This document shows positions 29,680 to 44,121 of a DNA stretch of 64,000 nt, piece after piece (position 1 is the stretch's first letter; each line of letters opens with the position of its first letter). A program made the position numbers and the translations under genes. Where the stretch lies: positions 26,164,001 to 26,228,000 of the forward strand of contig OZ024760.1 of NCBI GenBank assembly GCA_964016885.1, read 5' to 3'. The notes under the pieces were generated by a model. It saw only the letters and a program-made list of their open reading frames with translations. It did not search any database and was not told the DNA's origin. Origin of the DNA: Eledone cirrhosa (lineage: Eukaryota).

Positions 29680-31185
29680 ACCAGACAGCAAGTCAGCTAG
29701 GTAACCAGCAAACCAACCAGCTAACCAGCAAGTCAGCCAGGCAACCAGCAAACCAGCCAGCCAACCAGCAAGTCAGTCAGGTAACCAGCAAACCAACTAG
29801 GCAACCAGCAAGTCAGCCAGGCAACCAACAAACCAACCAGCCAGCTAGCAAGTCAGCCGGGCAACCAGCAAACCAACCAGCCAACCAGTAAGTCAGCCAG
29901 GCAACCAACAAACCAACCAGCCAACCAGCAAATCAGCCAGGCAACCAACAAACCAACCAGCCAGCTAGCAAGTCAGCCAGGCAACCAGCAAACCAACCAG
30001 CCAACCAGTAAGTCAGCCAGGCAACCAACAAACCAACCAGCCAACCAGCAAACCAACCAGCCAATCAGCAAGTCAGCCAGGTAACCAGCAAACCAACCAG
30101 CCAACCAGCAAGTCAGTCAGGTAACCAGCAAACCAACCAGCCAACCAGCAAGTCAGCCAGGTAACCAGCAAACCAACCAGCCAACCAGCAAGTCAGCCAG
30201 GCAACCAGCAAACCAACCAGCCAACCAGCAAGTCAGCCAGGCAACCAGCAAACCAACCAGCCAACCAGCAAGTCAGCCAGGTAACCAGCAAACCAACCAG
30301 CCAACCAGCAAGTCAGCCAGGCAACCAGCAAACCAACTAGGCAACCAGCAAGTCAGCCAGGCAACCAGCAAACCAGCCAGCCAATCAGCAAGTCAGCCAG
30401 GCAACCAACAAACCAACCAGCCAGCTAGCAAGTCAGCAAGGCAACCAGCAAACCAACCAGCCAAACAGCAAGTCAGCCAGGCAACCAGCAAACCAACTAG
30501 GCAACCATCAAGCCAACCAAGCAACCAGCAAACCAACCAGCCAACCAGCAAGTCAGCCAGGCAACCAACAAACCAACCAACCAACCAACCAACCAACCAA
30601 TCATCCAACCATCCAACTAACCAACCAACCAACCAGCAACCAACCAACCAACCATCAAACAGACCAACCAACAAACCAACCAACCAGCCAACCAACCAAC
30701 CAATCATCCAACCAACCAACCAGCAACCAACCATCCAACAGACCAACCAACAGACCAACCAACCAGCCAACCAACCAACCAACCAACCATCCAACCAACC
30801 ATCCAACAGACCAACCAACAGACCAACCAACCAACCAACCAACCAACCAACCAACCAACCTGCAACCAACCAACCAACCATCCAACCATCAAACCTACCA
30901 TCCAACCATCCAACCAACCAACAAACCAACCAGCAACCAACCAACCATCAAACCTACCATCCAACCAACCAACCAACCAACCAACCAACCAACCAACCAA
31001 CCAACCAACCAACCAACCAACCAACCAACCAACCAACCAACCAACCAACCTACCATCCAACCATCCAACCAACCAAACAACCAACCAACCAACCAACCAG
31101 CCAACCAACCTACCATCCAACCAATCAACAAACCAACCAGCAAGTCAACCAACCAACCAGCCATCCAACCATCCAACCAACCAAC
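29680..31185. repeat. CCAA/CCAG-derived minisatellite (about 40-bp unit) grading into (CCAA)n
   Basis: CAAGTCAGCCAGGCAACCAGCAAACCAACCAGCCAACCAG repeats. Confidence 0.95.
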
Positions 31186-33650
31186 CTACACTTACAGCCA
31201 CCAACATCAGCTCCCAGGCACCAACCTACACTCCCAGGCACCAACTTACACTCCCAGCCACCAACTTACACTCCCAGCCACCAACCTACACTCCCAGCCA
31301 CCAACCTTCACTCCCAGCCACCAACCTTCACTCCCAGCCACATACCTACACTCCCAGCCACCAACCTCCAATCCCAGGCACCAACCCCCACTCCCATCCA
31401 CCAACCTACACTCACAGCAGCCAAGCTACGATCACAGCCACCAACCTACACTCCCAGCCACCAACCTACACTCCCAGCCACCTACCTACACTCACAGCCA
31501 CCAACCTCCACTCCCATCCACCAACCTATACTCACAGCCACCAAGCTACGATCACAGCCACCAACCTCCACTCACAGCCACCAACCTCCACTCACAGCCA
31601 TCAACCTACACTAACAGCCACCAACCTACACTCACAGCCACCAACCTACATTCACAGCCACCAACCTCCACTCTCAGCCACCAGCCTACACTCACAGCCA
31701 CCAGCCTACACTCACAGCCACCAAGCTACGATCGCAGCCACCAACACCCACTCCCAGCCACCAACCTCCACTCCCCGCCACCAGCCTACACTCACAGCCA
31801 CCAGCCTACACTCACAGCCACCAAGCTACGATTGCAGCCACCAACACCCACTCCCAGCCACCAACCTCCACTCCCCGCCACCACCCTACACTCACAGTTA
31901 CCAACCTCCACTCACAGCCACCAACCTCCACTCCCAGCCACCAACCTCCCTCCCAGCCACCAGCCTACACTCCCCCATCCACCAACCCACACTCCCAGCC
32001 ACCAACATCAACTCCCAGGCACCAATCTACACTCCCAGGCACCAACCTCCACTCCTATCCACCAACCTACACTCACAGCCACCAACCTCCACTCCCATCC
32101 ACCAACCTACGCTCACAGCCACCAACCTCCACTCCCAGCCACCAACCTCCCTCCCAGCCACCAGCCTACACTCCCCCATCCACCAACCTACACTCCCAGC
32201 CACCAACATCAGCTCCCAGGCACCAACCTACACTCCCAGGCACCAACCTCCACTCCTATCCACCAACCTACACTCCCAGCCAGCCAACCTCCACTCTCAG
32301 CCACCAACCTCCATTCCCAGCCACCAATCTCCACTCCCATCCACCAACCTCCACTCCCAGCCACCAACCTCCATTCTCAGCCACCAACTTTCAGTCCCAG
32401 CCACCAGCCTACACTCACAGCCACCAACCTACACTCACAGCCACCAACCTCCACTCCCAGCCACCAGCCTACACTCACAGACACCAACCTACACTCACAG
32501 CCACCAACTTCCACTCCCAGCCACCAACCTACACTCCCAGCCAGCCAACCTCCACTCCCAGCCACCAACCTCCATTCCCAGCCACCAATCTCCACTCCCA
32601 TCCACCAACCTACACTCACAGCCACCAACCTACACTCACAGCCACCAACCTCCACTCCCAGCCACCAACCTTCACTCCCAGCCACCAACCTACCAACCAG
32701 CCACCAACCCCCACTCCCATCCACCAACCTACACTCACAGCCACCAAGCTACGATCACAGCCACCAACCCACACTCCCAGCCACCAACCTACACTCCCAG
32801 CCACCTACCTACACTCCCATCCACCAACCTACACTCACAGCCACCAAGCTACGATCACAGCCACCAACCTACACTCCCAGCCACCAACCTTCACTCCCAG
32901 CCACCAACCTACACTCCCAGCCACCAACCCCCACTCCCATCCACCAACCTACACTCACAGCCACCAAGTTACGATCACAGCCACCAACCTACACTCCCAG
33001 CCACCAACCTACACTCCCAGCCACCTACCTACACTCACAGCCACCAACCTCCACTCACAGCCACCAACCTACACTCACAGCCACCAACCTACACTCACAG
33101 CCACCAACCTACACTCAGAGCCACCAACCTACACGCCCAGCCACCAACCTCCAATCCCAGGCACCAACCCCCACTCCCATCCACCAACCTACACTCACAG
33201 CAGCCAAGCTACGATCACAGCCACCAACCTACACTCCCAGCCACCAACCTACACTCCCAGCCACCTACCTACACTCACAGCCACCAACCTCCACTCCCAT
33301 CCACCAACCTATACTCACAGCCACCAAGCTACGATCACAGCCACCAACCTCCAATCACAGCCACCAACCTCCACTCACAGCCACCAACCTACACTAACAG
33401 CCACCAACCTACACTAACAGCCACCAACCTACACTCACAGCCACCAACCTAAACTCACAGCCACCAACCTACACTAACAGCCACCAACCTCCATTCCCAG
33501 CCACCAACCTACACTCACAGCCACCAACCTCCACTCCCAGCCACCAACCTCCACTCCCAGCCACCAACCTCCACTCACAGCCACCAACCTCCACTCCCAG
33601 CCACCAATCTCCACTCACAGCCACCAACCTACACTGACAGCCACATACCT
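31186..33650. repeat. 20-bp minisatellite, over 100 copies
   Basis: Unit CAGCCACCAACCT(A/C)CACTC(A/C). Confidence 0.97.
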
Positions 33651-34332
33651 CACAACAAGACTCAGATGTTGTTCAGAAACAACACAATTAAATGAAGACT
33701 AACAACATCAGCATGTATTTATAACATGATATATTCATATAATAGTATTTTATTGAATAAAATCGATATTTCAATGACGAGAGATGCAGGAAGATATAAC
33801 GTTTGGTATCTAATGTTGATAACAATATCTCATGCACTACTAATTCACTGCCCTTGTATAAATGTTTATTCTTTTAGCTAATAAAACTATTTTAATATAT
33901 CTGTTGTATCAGACATCAGATATGCAGAGGTGGCATTGTGTTGAACCGGGACCAGAGATATTTATAAACGGAATAGTAGGAGAGGAAGAAGCCCCTCCCT
34001 GCTTCTCTCCACCAACACCATCACCATCACCATCACCAAAGGGCCTGGCGTAGATGGATATCAAATATAGAAACCGTAGTTTCAATCTTATCGTATGATA
34101 TTGAGACACTTTGCTGTCCGATGGCTGATATGGATCTACGTTTAAGTATGTTAAGTTGTGGCATTGACTTTGCTAAGACACTAGTACGGTGTGTTGTTTG
34201 GTTGTGTGGTTGTGTGGTTGTGTGGTTGTGTGGTTGTGTGGTTTGTGGTTGTGTGGTTGTGTGGTTGTGTGTTGTGTGGTTGTGTGGTTTGTGGTTGTGT
34301 GTTGTATGGTTGTGCTTTTCTAAATGTCTATA

Positions 34333-34372
<40 letters not shown>

Positions 34373-34417
34373 AATGTGTGTATATATATAAATGTGTGTA
34401 TATATATATATATATAA

Positions 34418-34448
<31 letters not shown>

Positions 34449-34493
34449 GACATTTATATAGACATTTAAATATATATATATATATATATATAC

Positions 34494-34534
<41 letters not shown>

Positions 34535-34637
34535 TTCGAAGTTAAAATGATTCACTGCGTTAATGGAAGGAATCTTCAGCTGCACATGTATTGAGTACAT
34601 GTATTGAATGGTTTTTCTCCCGTTTATATACATACTA

Positions 34638-34761
<124 letters not shown>

Positions 34762-34762
34762 C

Positions 34763-34838
<76 letters not shown>

Positions 34839-34893
34839 TGATGGTGAATGTTGTGTAAATATGTATTTACATATGTGCGTATCTAAACACACA

Positions 34894-34944
<51 letters not shown>

Positions 34945-35040
34945 GCATATATATGCCTGTATCTAGCTATGTGTTTTTGCATGTCTACGCATGTATGTTT
35001 ATATTTATGTTGGTGTTCTTTTTATTATTTATATTATTGT

Positions 35041-35135
35041 ATTTTATTTTATTTTATTTTATTTTATTTTATTTTATTTTATTTTATTTTATTTTATTTT
35101 ATTTTATTTTATTTTATTTTATTTTATTTTATTTT
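35041..35135. repeat. (ATTTT)n array immediately after the stop codon
   Basis: Seen directly; reads (AAAAT)n on the gene strand. Confidence 0.97.
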
Positions 35136-35150
35136 AACTCTTTATTTATC

Positions 35151-35329
35151 TCATTTAGTAAATATATTACCGAGGATTCTTCCCCACCGGGAGAGTTGTC
35201 TCCTCGAGCCGATTCTGATTCTATCAACGATGTGAACCACACCATCAGTCGCCATGTTGTCACATGATATAATGTGGCCGCCGCGGAACCGGAAGCCGTT
35301 TCCTTCCAAAGTACTGCAGCAGAGAGACG
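35151..35329 (-). CDS. TGFBI: TGFBI/periostin-like probable last coding exon L (FAS1-4 H2 motif, stop)
   Basis: tctttatttcaatAG; [62 protein letters not shown]; phase 1 start matches exon K. Confidence 0.85.
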
Positions 35330-36211
35330 CTATTGAAATAAAGAGAGACGGTAAACTGGTGAGTGAGCGATTGAGAGTGACAGAATGATTAACGAGTGAG
35401 AGAGAGTGAGGGAGAGTGATGTAGGGCGAAAGAGTGAGTGAGTGTGTGAGTGAGTGTGTGAGAGAGTGAGTGAAGAGTGTGTGAGTGAGAGAGAGATACA
35501 TGTAGGGAGAGAGAGGGTGAGTGAGTGTGTGAGTGAGTGTGTAGGTGAGTGAGAGTGAGTGATTGATAGATTAGCGAGTGAGTGAGAGTGAGTGAGTGAA
35601 AGAGAGAGAAGGGGGAAAGAGAGTGAGTGAATGTGTGAGAGTGAGTATATGAGAGAGTGAGAGTGAGTGAAAGAGAGAGTGAGAGAGAGAGTGAGAGAGG
35701 ATGAGGGAGAGAGAGTGTGAATGAGTGATTGATTGAGAGAGAGAGTGAAGGAGAGAGAGAGAGTGAGAGAGAGAGTGAGTGAGTGAGTGTTTGAGTGAGT
35801 GTGTGAGTGAGAAAATGAGTGAGAGTGTGTGTGAGTGAGTTAGAGAGTGTCTTAGTGTGAGTGAGTGAGTGAAACAGTGACGTAAAGTGAGAAAGAGTGG
35901 GGAGGACAGAGAGGGAAAGAGTGAGAGCTGGAGAATGATTGAGTGAGTAAGTGAGTGAAATAGCATTTCGGAGAGAGAGAAAGAGAGAGAGAATGCGAGG
36001 TATAGAGAGCGCAGGGAAAGGGGGAGGAGAGTTTCAAATAAGTTTTTTTTATAACTTAGTTATCTTAACAGTTCAAGGGGAAGTAAGTCGGAGAGAAATA
36101 TTTTATTTCTGCTGATAGTTATCTCCCTTACAACGGTTGAATCCTTTTTTTTCCAAGTATTATTCAAAGCTTCTCAAACGCACATAAACAGCCAGATAAT
36201 TTGATATATAC

Positions 36212-36291
<80 letters not shown>

Positions 36292-36293
<2 letters not shown>

Positions 36294-36781
36294 GTATGAG
36301 CATAAGCCAGAGGCGGTGATAGAGAACGATCAGGTGAAGGTGCTGTGGGATTTTAGGATACAGACGGACAAGAAACTGGAACACAATAGACCTGACCTGG
36401 TGGTTGTGGACAAAGAAAAAAGATCGTGCCTGATTGTGGATGTGGCCTGCCCATTCGACACGAGAGTGCAAGAGAAGGAGAGGGAGAAAATTAACCAATA
36501 CCAGGACTTAAAGTGGGAGGTAAAAAGGATTTGGAACTGCCATGAAGTCAAAGTGATCCCGATTGTCATAGGCGCACTAGGGACTATCTCCAAAAGTTTC
36601 CAGGGATGGTTAAAGAAAATCGGCCCCTTCACGCTTTTTGGAACGCTTCAAAAGGCATGCTTGCTGGGAACAGCAAGAACCCTCCGATACGTCCTGAATA
36701 TCTGAGGTTGCAGGTAATGGCTTGATATTCATTCCAACAAACTTTCCAGTTAACTAACATCAATGACTGAGACTCAAGGAG
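36292..36781 (+). mobile_element. 5'-truncated Dong/R4-like LINE in (AAT)n
   Basis: VLWDFRIQTD...NRPDLVV...IVDVACP...KEREKINQYQDL...VIGALG...LQKACLLGTARTLRYVL; (AAT)n on both sides. Confidence 0.9.
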
Positions 36782-36809
36782 TAATAACAGTAATAATAAT
36801 AATAATAAT

Positions 36810-36968
36810 CCACTGGCACCTATGCAAAGTAAACAATTTACCACATTCTGAGAAGTGGTATGAGCATAAGCCAGAGGCGGTGATAGAAAACGATCAGGTG
36901 AAGGTGCTGTGGGATTTAGGATACAGACGGACAAGAAACTGGAACACTGAGACTCAAAGAGTAATAAC

Positions 36969-37002
<34 letters not shown>

Positions 37003-37187
37003 GTTTCCAGGGATGGTTAAAGAAAATCGGCCCCTTCACGCTTTTTGGAACGCTTCAAAAGGCATGCTTGCTGGGAACAGCAAGAACCCTCCGATACGTC
37101 CTGAATATCTGAGGCTGCAGGTAGTGGCTTGATATTCATTCCAACGGACTTTCCAGTTAACCAACATCAATGACTGAGATTCAAGGA
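36810..37187 (+). mobile_element. Two more deleted/truncated copies of the (AAT)n-associated LINE
   Basis: 36810-36960 jumps from internal sequence to the 3' terminus (TGAGACTCAAAGA); 37000-37187 is a short 3' end; separated by (AAT)n. Confidence 0.85.
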
Positions 37188-37410
37188 ATAACAACAATAA
37201 TAATAATAATAATAATAATAATAATTTCTTTAATAATAATAATAATATTGTTTCTACATTTAGCACAAGGCCAGCAATTACCCCAGTGCATTACTGGTAC
37301 TTTATTTTCTCGACCCCGTAAGGATGAACGACAAAGATATACTCCCTGGATATATATATATATATATATATATATAAAGAGAGAGAGAGAAAGAGAGAGA
37401 GAGAAAGAGG

Positions 37411-37504
<94 letters not shown>

Positions 37505-37549
37505 TACAAAGATAGATAGATAGAAAGATAGATAGTATAGAATACTTAC

Positions 37550-37628
37550 TGTTATGTATATATGATGACAAAATGGCCGGATTAGATTCTACCTCCTCTC
37601 TTTGACGAGCATTCAATCTTTCGAACGC
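37550..37628 (-). CDS. TGFBI: TGFBI/periostin-like exon K
   Basis: cataaacAG / GTAAGT; AFERLNARQREEVESNPAILSSYIHN continues PTNE|AF; phase 0 to 1. Confidence 0.88.
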
Positions 37629-37923
37629 CTGTTTATGTAAAAATGTTTCTGTGTAAGTTATATGGATATACGTAACACACACTCGCGCACACACACACAC
37701 ATACACATACACATCTATCTACCACACAAACACACGCACACACTCATACACACACACATACGCACATACACAAACACACACGCACACGCACATATACTCA
37801 AACAAACACGCACACACGCACATACTGACAGACAAACACGCTAACACACACGAACACACACACACAAACACACTCACACGCACACACACACACTCACTCA
37901 CACACAAAACACTCATACACACG

Positions 37924-38004
<81 letters not shown>

Positions 38005-38453
38005 ACATACACAGACAAACACGCTCACACATACACACACACATGTATATATGTTTATATGAAAAGAGTCAGGACCCCGACGGCTGAGCTCCGGCCGTTT
38101 CGACAGCTAGATCCGAAATCCGCACCAGATCGGATCTAGCTGTCGAAACGGCTGGAGCCTAGCGGAAAAGAAACATGAAGAGTATATCTAACAGCACTAG
38201 GTTTAGAGCCCCTAACTACACTTTAACTGCACTGATAATTACGTTTAGATTTTCCTCCTTTAGATTCCAAACATATCTCGACAAAGGTGTAGCAACATTT
38301 TTATATACGACGTTGCGTGATAACCAGGCTTATCTTTCATTCGCTTCAAATTTTGAAGCAGTAAGATCAAAACAAAAAACAATAGCTCACCCTATGCTCT
38401 CCCTTCCAACTCATTTTAAAGGTTTAAAAACTGTCAATACTTGGTGTGCTTAC

Positions 38454-38603
38454 CTCATTCGTTGGAGCAAAGACTGTGTATGGATCAGTTTTATTCAGGA
38501 TATTTTCAATAAGTCCTGTCGTTTTGAGGGCGTTCACAAATGACGTTAGACGTGGGTCTTTCATCAAAATATCTATTACGTTATTTTCAGGTGGCATCAA
38601 AAC
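38454..38603 (-). CDS. TGFBI: TGFBI/periostin-like exon J (FAS1-4 H1 motif)
   Basis: tccttcttAG / GTAAGC; VLMPPENNVIDILMKDPRLTSFVNALKTTGLIENILNKTDPYTVFAPTNE; phase 0 to 0. Confidence 0.93.
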
Positions 38604-38804
38604 CTAAGAAGGATAAGAAGCATTAGACTTTGTTAGGCTAAAATCGATTTAACCATTTGTTACACCTAACACTGAGATCGGGAAATATACAAACATACAT
38701 ACACACATGCATACAAACATACATACATACATACATACATACATACATACATACATACATACATACATACATACATACATACATACATACATACATACAT
38801 ACAT

Positions 38805-39285
38805 GATGGCTGTCCCCTCGTTATCGAGTATGGCCATTGGACGATGTAACATAATTAATAATTATTAATTAATTCCATCGTGCAATGCCTGTGCGTGAAG
38901 ATTTATTTTAAGTGAGGAAAGACTGTGCACTGAGCCAATCCGACTCTCTGAGCTATAACCCGAAAATAAGAAAAGATCAACATCATCGGTAACTATTGAG
39001 CCGCAGGTTTTATGTCGGAGTTATCCCAGTTTCCTGAGTTGCCTTCTCCTAGATGAATGCCCTGACAAAGGCTAGGGGGCCTTTACACATTTTTGGATGG
39101 CCGTTGACTCTTATGATGTCTTCCGCCCTTTGTCGGGTTTTGTTTTTTGTTATGCAGGGTGTTCAAAATCACCATCCACACCAAGTAAACTTGGTTGGGC
39201 TGCCGATTTAGTCGCCGACGACCCGACTATGTGACAGGCTGTATTCGGTTACATATTACCAGTAGCACTCAATAGTGACGCGACA
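38805..39285 (-). mobile_element. Short non-autonomous RTE-related element with (TATG)n tail
   Basis: Shares head (GTGCTACTGGTAA..TGTAACC...GTCGGGTCGT.GGCGACTAAA) with 39560-39770 and 56580-56820; 3' end TGGCCATACTCGATAACGAG resembles 56235-56265. Confidence 0.6.
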
Positions 39286-39904
39286 TACATACATACAAAC
39301 ATACATACAGTACATACATGATATCTGCAAACTCTGCTAAGAATATTGCAATAACTTGTTAGATTACAGAAGATCGTGCAGTGTTAGGTTACGGCCAGCC
39401 ACACGAACCTGTAACAGACCCTGAACAAGCAATGCCTGTGGTTTGAAGGTTTTTTAAGTGGGGAAAGGTCTTGCTCTCGACCAATCCCACTGTCTGAGCA
39501 TTAAAAACAGTATCCGAAGAGGAGAACTGGTCAACATCAGGGTTTTTTCCGAGTTTCAGAGTTTCGCTCTATTATTTGGATGGCCGTTGACTCTGCTGAG
39601 TACCTCCGTCCATCGCCAGATCTTATATTTCACCCCGCAGGATGTCCAAATATCACCCTCCTCACCAATCTAGCTTGGTGGGGTTGCCGGTTTAGTCACC
39701 GATCATCCGACCACGAGACAGGTGGTACTGGGTTACATGTTACCAGTAGCACTCGAGAGCGATCTGACATAACATAACATACATACATAGATACATACAC
39801 ACATACGCACACACATACATAAATACATAGATATATACATATATACATACATGAGGATTGTAGCGTCTTCACAGACGGTTGCCGTCATTTTAGAGAGAGA
39901 TAGA

Positions 39905-39986
<82 letters not shown>

Positions 39987-40201
39987 TGATGGTGTGTTTA
40001 ACTGGGTGGGTGAGAGTATGAGGTAGAATAAAGGCAATAGAAAAGATTGAAAGAGAGAAAGAGACAGACATATAAGACATATAGGCGAAGGTGGGAGAGG
40101 TCTGTAAGGCAGACAGAGACGGCTAAATACTAAAAAAGAAAAACAACAAAACAAAAGAAAGCAGAAAGAAATAAAGAAGTATTTGGGTGAGAATTATTTA
40201 C

Positions 40202-40300
40202 CTTTTCAATTAAATAAACTATTCCATTGCATGTTGAGATAGGACCGGCCAGAGGGCGAACACACTGCACCGTATGGGTCCATTTAGTACTGAAGAAAAA
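40202..40300 (-). CDS. TGFBI: TGFBI/periostin-like exon I (FAS1-3 H2 motif)
   Basis: tttctacaccAG / GTAAAT; [33 protein letters not shown]; phase 0 to 0 (a second AG 11 nt downstream would be out of phase). Confidence 0.85.
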
Positions 40301-40320
40301 CTGGTGTAGAAATAAAGGAA

Positions 40321-40395
<75 letters not shown>

Positions 40396-40398
40396 TAT

Positions 40399-40517
<119 letters not shown>

Positions 40518-40623
40518 TTAGTTAAGCAAAACAAGACCACAAATTTCACAAGGAAGACATTATTTAAAGATTCTCAAGATAGTTGCAGTTTAATGTAAGG
40601 AATAATAATAATAATAATAATAA

Positions 40624-40809
40624 TTGTTTCTACTTTAGGCACAAGGCCAGCAAATACCCAGTACATTACTGGTACTTTATTTTATCGACCCAGTAAGGAT
40701 GAAAGGCAAAGTTAACCTCGGCGAGATTTGAACTCAGATTGTAAAGGGACGTAACTATGCTAGAAAGCATGGCGTCCAACTCTCTACCGATACTGCCAAT
40801 TCACCGCCA
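40624..40809 (-). mobile_element. tRNA-derived SINE, in (AAT)n
   Basis: Reverse complement of the 9868 family. Confidence 0.88.
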
Positions 40810-40813
40810 TTAC

Positions 40814-40851
<38 letters not shown>

Positions 40852-41039
40852 TTCGTTTACAATTGTTTCGCTACCCCATATAATGTTTCTAGATCAAATG
40901 ATTATAGATCATTATTGATCTAGTTCAGATGAAGATAATTAACTTAGGTAAAAATGGAGCAGCTCTTCAGAACTTCAAAAGAGATAATGAAAATATTGAT
41001 AAAGGTATGATGGAATAAGGAATATAAAGTAAGGTAAAG

Positions 41040-41127
<88 letters not shown>

Positions 41128-41211
41128 ATGTAGGAGGTGAGTTGTAATATATGTTGATTTAAAACTGCACTATCCACAAGTGTTTTTTAACCTTCATATC
41201 ATGTCCTCCTA

Positions 41212-41278
41212 TTTTATCTGATGAAAACACAAATGTTATTGCATGATGATATTTGTTTTTGAAATGTGCATAATAAAA
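41212..41278 (+). ncRNA. Type I hammerhead motif
   Basis: TTTTAT-CTGATGA-AAACACAAAT...ATTTGTTTTT-GAAA-TGTGCA-TA-ATAAAA. Confidence 0.8.
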
Positions 41279-41310
41279 TACATGGAACTCATTTAACCAT
41301 CTTTTGATCT

Positions 41311-41380
<70 letters not shown>

Positions 41381-41543
41381 GCGTGCTACATTGTTGCGAA
41401 CATGAACATATGAATAAAAATAGACCAAGAGATTACATGTCCTTCATCAATAGTCTGCTGATCATCGTTGGTGTTTCTTCGCATTAAAGAGTAGAAACAT
41501 AAAATCAGTGCGAGCAATAACTAAATTAAGTTATCGCTCGCAC

Positions 41544-41579
<36 letters not shown>

Positions 41580-41709
41580 AAAGTTTTATTTAAAATTGTT
41601 GGGTTACAACAAGTAAATATTTAATAACCGATATAAAGCACTCGACAAGTTTTTGGAGTAGATATACGATAGTAAACAAATGGAAACTATATTTATGAAA
41701 CCATATTTA

Positions 41710-41771
41710 TTTCATTATACATATTTCAGGGATACCATATTAAAAATATGGCATGCCTTCGTCAGATAAAA
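41710..41771 (-). ncRNA. Type I hammerhead motif, sense to the host gene
   Basis: TTTTAT-CTGACGA-AGGCATGCCATAT..ATATGGTATCCCT-GAAA-TATGTA-TA-ATGAAA. Confidence 0.75.
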
Positions 41772-42337
41772 TACAATATATAAACTGTTTTATAAATAAT
41801 TTTGACGTACCATAAATATAAGCGACCATTAAGGTAGGAAGCTGGCTTGGTAGTGAGGTGTTTATAATTATTTAGTTATAGTGTTAAGCACAGTTAGAAA
41901 GAAAGACGGAGAAAAAGAAGAAATGTATGTAAAGAAAAACAGAGAGAAATAGAGAGAAATAGGGGAGAGAGAAAGAGGGAGGAGGTGAAAAAAGAGAGGC
42001 AACCGAAGTCAACAGATGAATAATAATAATTCACGATACAAATAAAGAGATTTAAGAGAGAGGGAGTACGGTAATTATTTAGTTATAGTGTTATGTGTTA
42101 TGCACAGTTAGAGAAGATATATATATATATGCATGTATGTAAAGTATTTCAGGAGAAAAAGCAAAGGAAAAAAGAGTACTCTATGTATAAAACAGAGCTA
42201 TTTAATTAGAAGGTGAACAACACAATATATAACTACTCCATTACGAAACGTTTCAGGATTCTAGACAATATTAATATACGTCTAGGGTCCTGAAACCTTT
42301 CATATTGGAGTAGTTATATATTGTGTTGTTCACTTTA

Positions 42338-42414
<77 letters not shown>

Positions 42415-42432
42415 ATGTGTGTGTATGTGTGC

Positions 42433-42501
<69 letters not shown>

Positions 42502-42551
42502 TGTATGTGTGTGTGTATGTGTGTGTGTGTGTGTGTGTGCGTGTGCGTGTG

Positions 42552-42611
<60 letters not shown>

Positions 42612-42993
42612 TAAAAGTAATAACAAAATTAACAAAACAAACGGCCCAATCCATTCAAGGAATATATTAGTTTAGTTTAACGCTTGAAATAGCAGGAATA
42701 TAGTCTTAACGTTTCGGACACTAGTCCTTCATCAGACGATAAAAAGAGTGATGGGAGGAAGGAACAGGGAAAATCTTGAATATATTAATTTCAACTCTTC
42801 TTACTAATAATTGCATTGTTTCTTTCCAGGGACTATGTTGAAAAGTAAACCTCATTTGGTCATTCCATGAGAGTATCTTGGTCATAGGCTGACTATGAAT
42901 TAGTGATTCTAGAGCTGTGAAATCCTAATTTATTTTAACTATTATTAAGAACTGCATCGTTTCTTTCTTATATATATGACCCTCGCAAATTAT

Positions 42994-43035
<42 letters not shown>

Positions 43036-43468
43036 CCGTTTATCGTTTTCGGTTCCCCGGCCGATTAACTCACTCGATATGCAAATTAGGCTGCTCAGCC
43101 GTTAATATGCATAAGGAAAGTTTATACTTTCAGACGTTCACCCATCTGGCAGGAAGGTATACGTTGCTGACGATAGCTAATAAGCTTGATACTAGTACAG
43201 CGTTCCTCTGTCGGGGTTGAACAAATGAGCAACGATGGTTGCTAGACACTGTACGGCTTATTTCGGGATGTTTGTTTACAAACACACCGAGCATTATAAT
43301 AAATGTTCGGTGAATCCATACGTACATATATATATGTGTGCATGTCTGTATATATATATATACATACTACTGTACGTCTGTATACATATATGTATGTACG
43401 TATACATACTTATATTTAAGTAACAGCCGTACTAAGAGTGGGAAATGAAATTTCGTTTCATTTTTTCC

Positions 43469-43513
<45 letters not shown>

Positions 43514-43557
43514 AATATTTTACTTACTGTGGTTTCCCCCGATTGAACCCGCAATAA

Positions 43558-43594
<37 letters not shown>

Positions 43595-43797
43595 GATAAT
43601 ATATATATATATATATATATTTAGACCCACCCAGAGTATAACAATATATATATAGTACCTTAGAGTTCTTTCGTCACACAACTGTGACATTATCAGTGAT
43701 ACTATTATGTTTTCTCCAGCTGTATCGTAATGTTTACTTATGCTATTATTTATTTATTGTTGTCTCTGTTTGCGCATGGAGACACACACACACACAC

Positions 43798-43936
<139 letters not shown>

Positions 43937-43950
43937 GTAAATATACTCAC

Positions 43951-44121
43951 GGTTGTGTATTCAGTAACGAGAAGTTTTTTACCCTCACTATTCAGTGTTT
44001 GAAGTTCCTTGTTGTTATACATTGATGACCAGGTGTGAACTCCTTCGGCAATGTGGTACTTCAAAATGTCAGCCAAATCAGGTGAAATGTTTGTATTATC
44101 TGTGTACATGTCGGTGAGCAT
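43951..44121 (-). CDS. TGFBI: TGFBI/periostin-like exon H (FAS1-3 YH motif)
   Basis: ttccattctaAG / GTGAGT; MLTDMYTDNTNISPDLADILKYHIAEGVHTWSSMYNNKELQTLNSEGKKLLVTEYTT; phase 0 to 0. Confidence 0.9.

Noticed and set aside
31832-33397. 521-aa Pro/Thr/His-rich ORF
   Set aside because: Translation of a 20-bp minisatellite with shifting frames; no splice or domain support.
38175-38543. Plus-strand 122-aa ORF with a homolog at 48863-49114
   Set aside because: Antisense to exon J and its intron; the similarity is explained by the local duplication.
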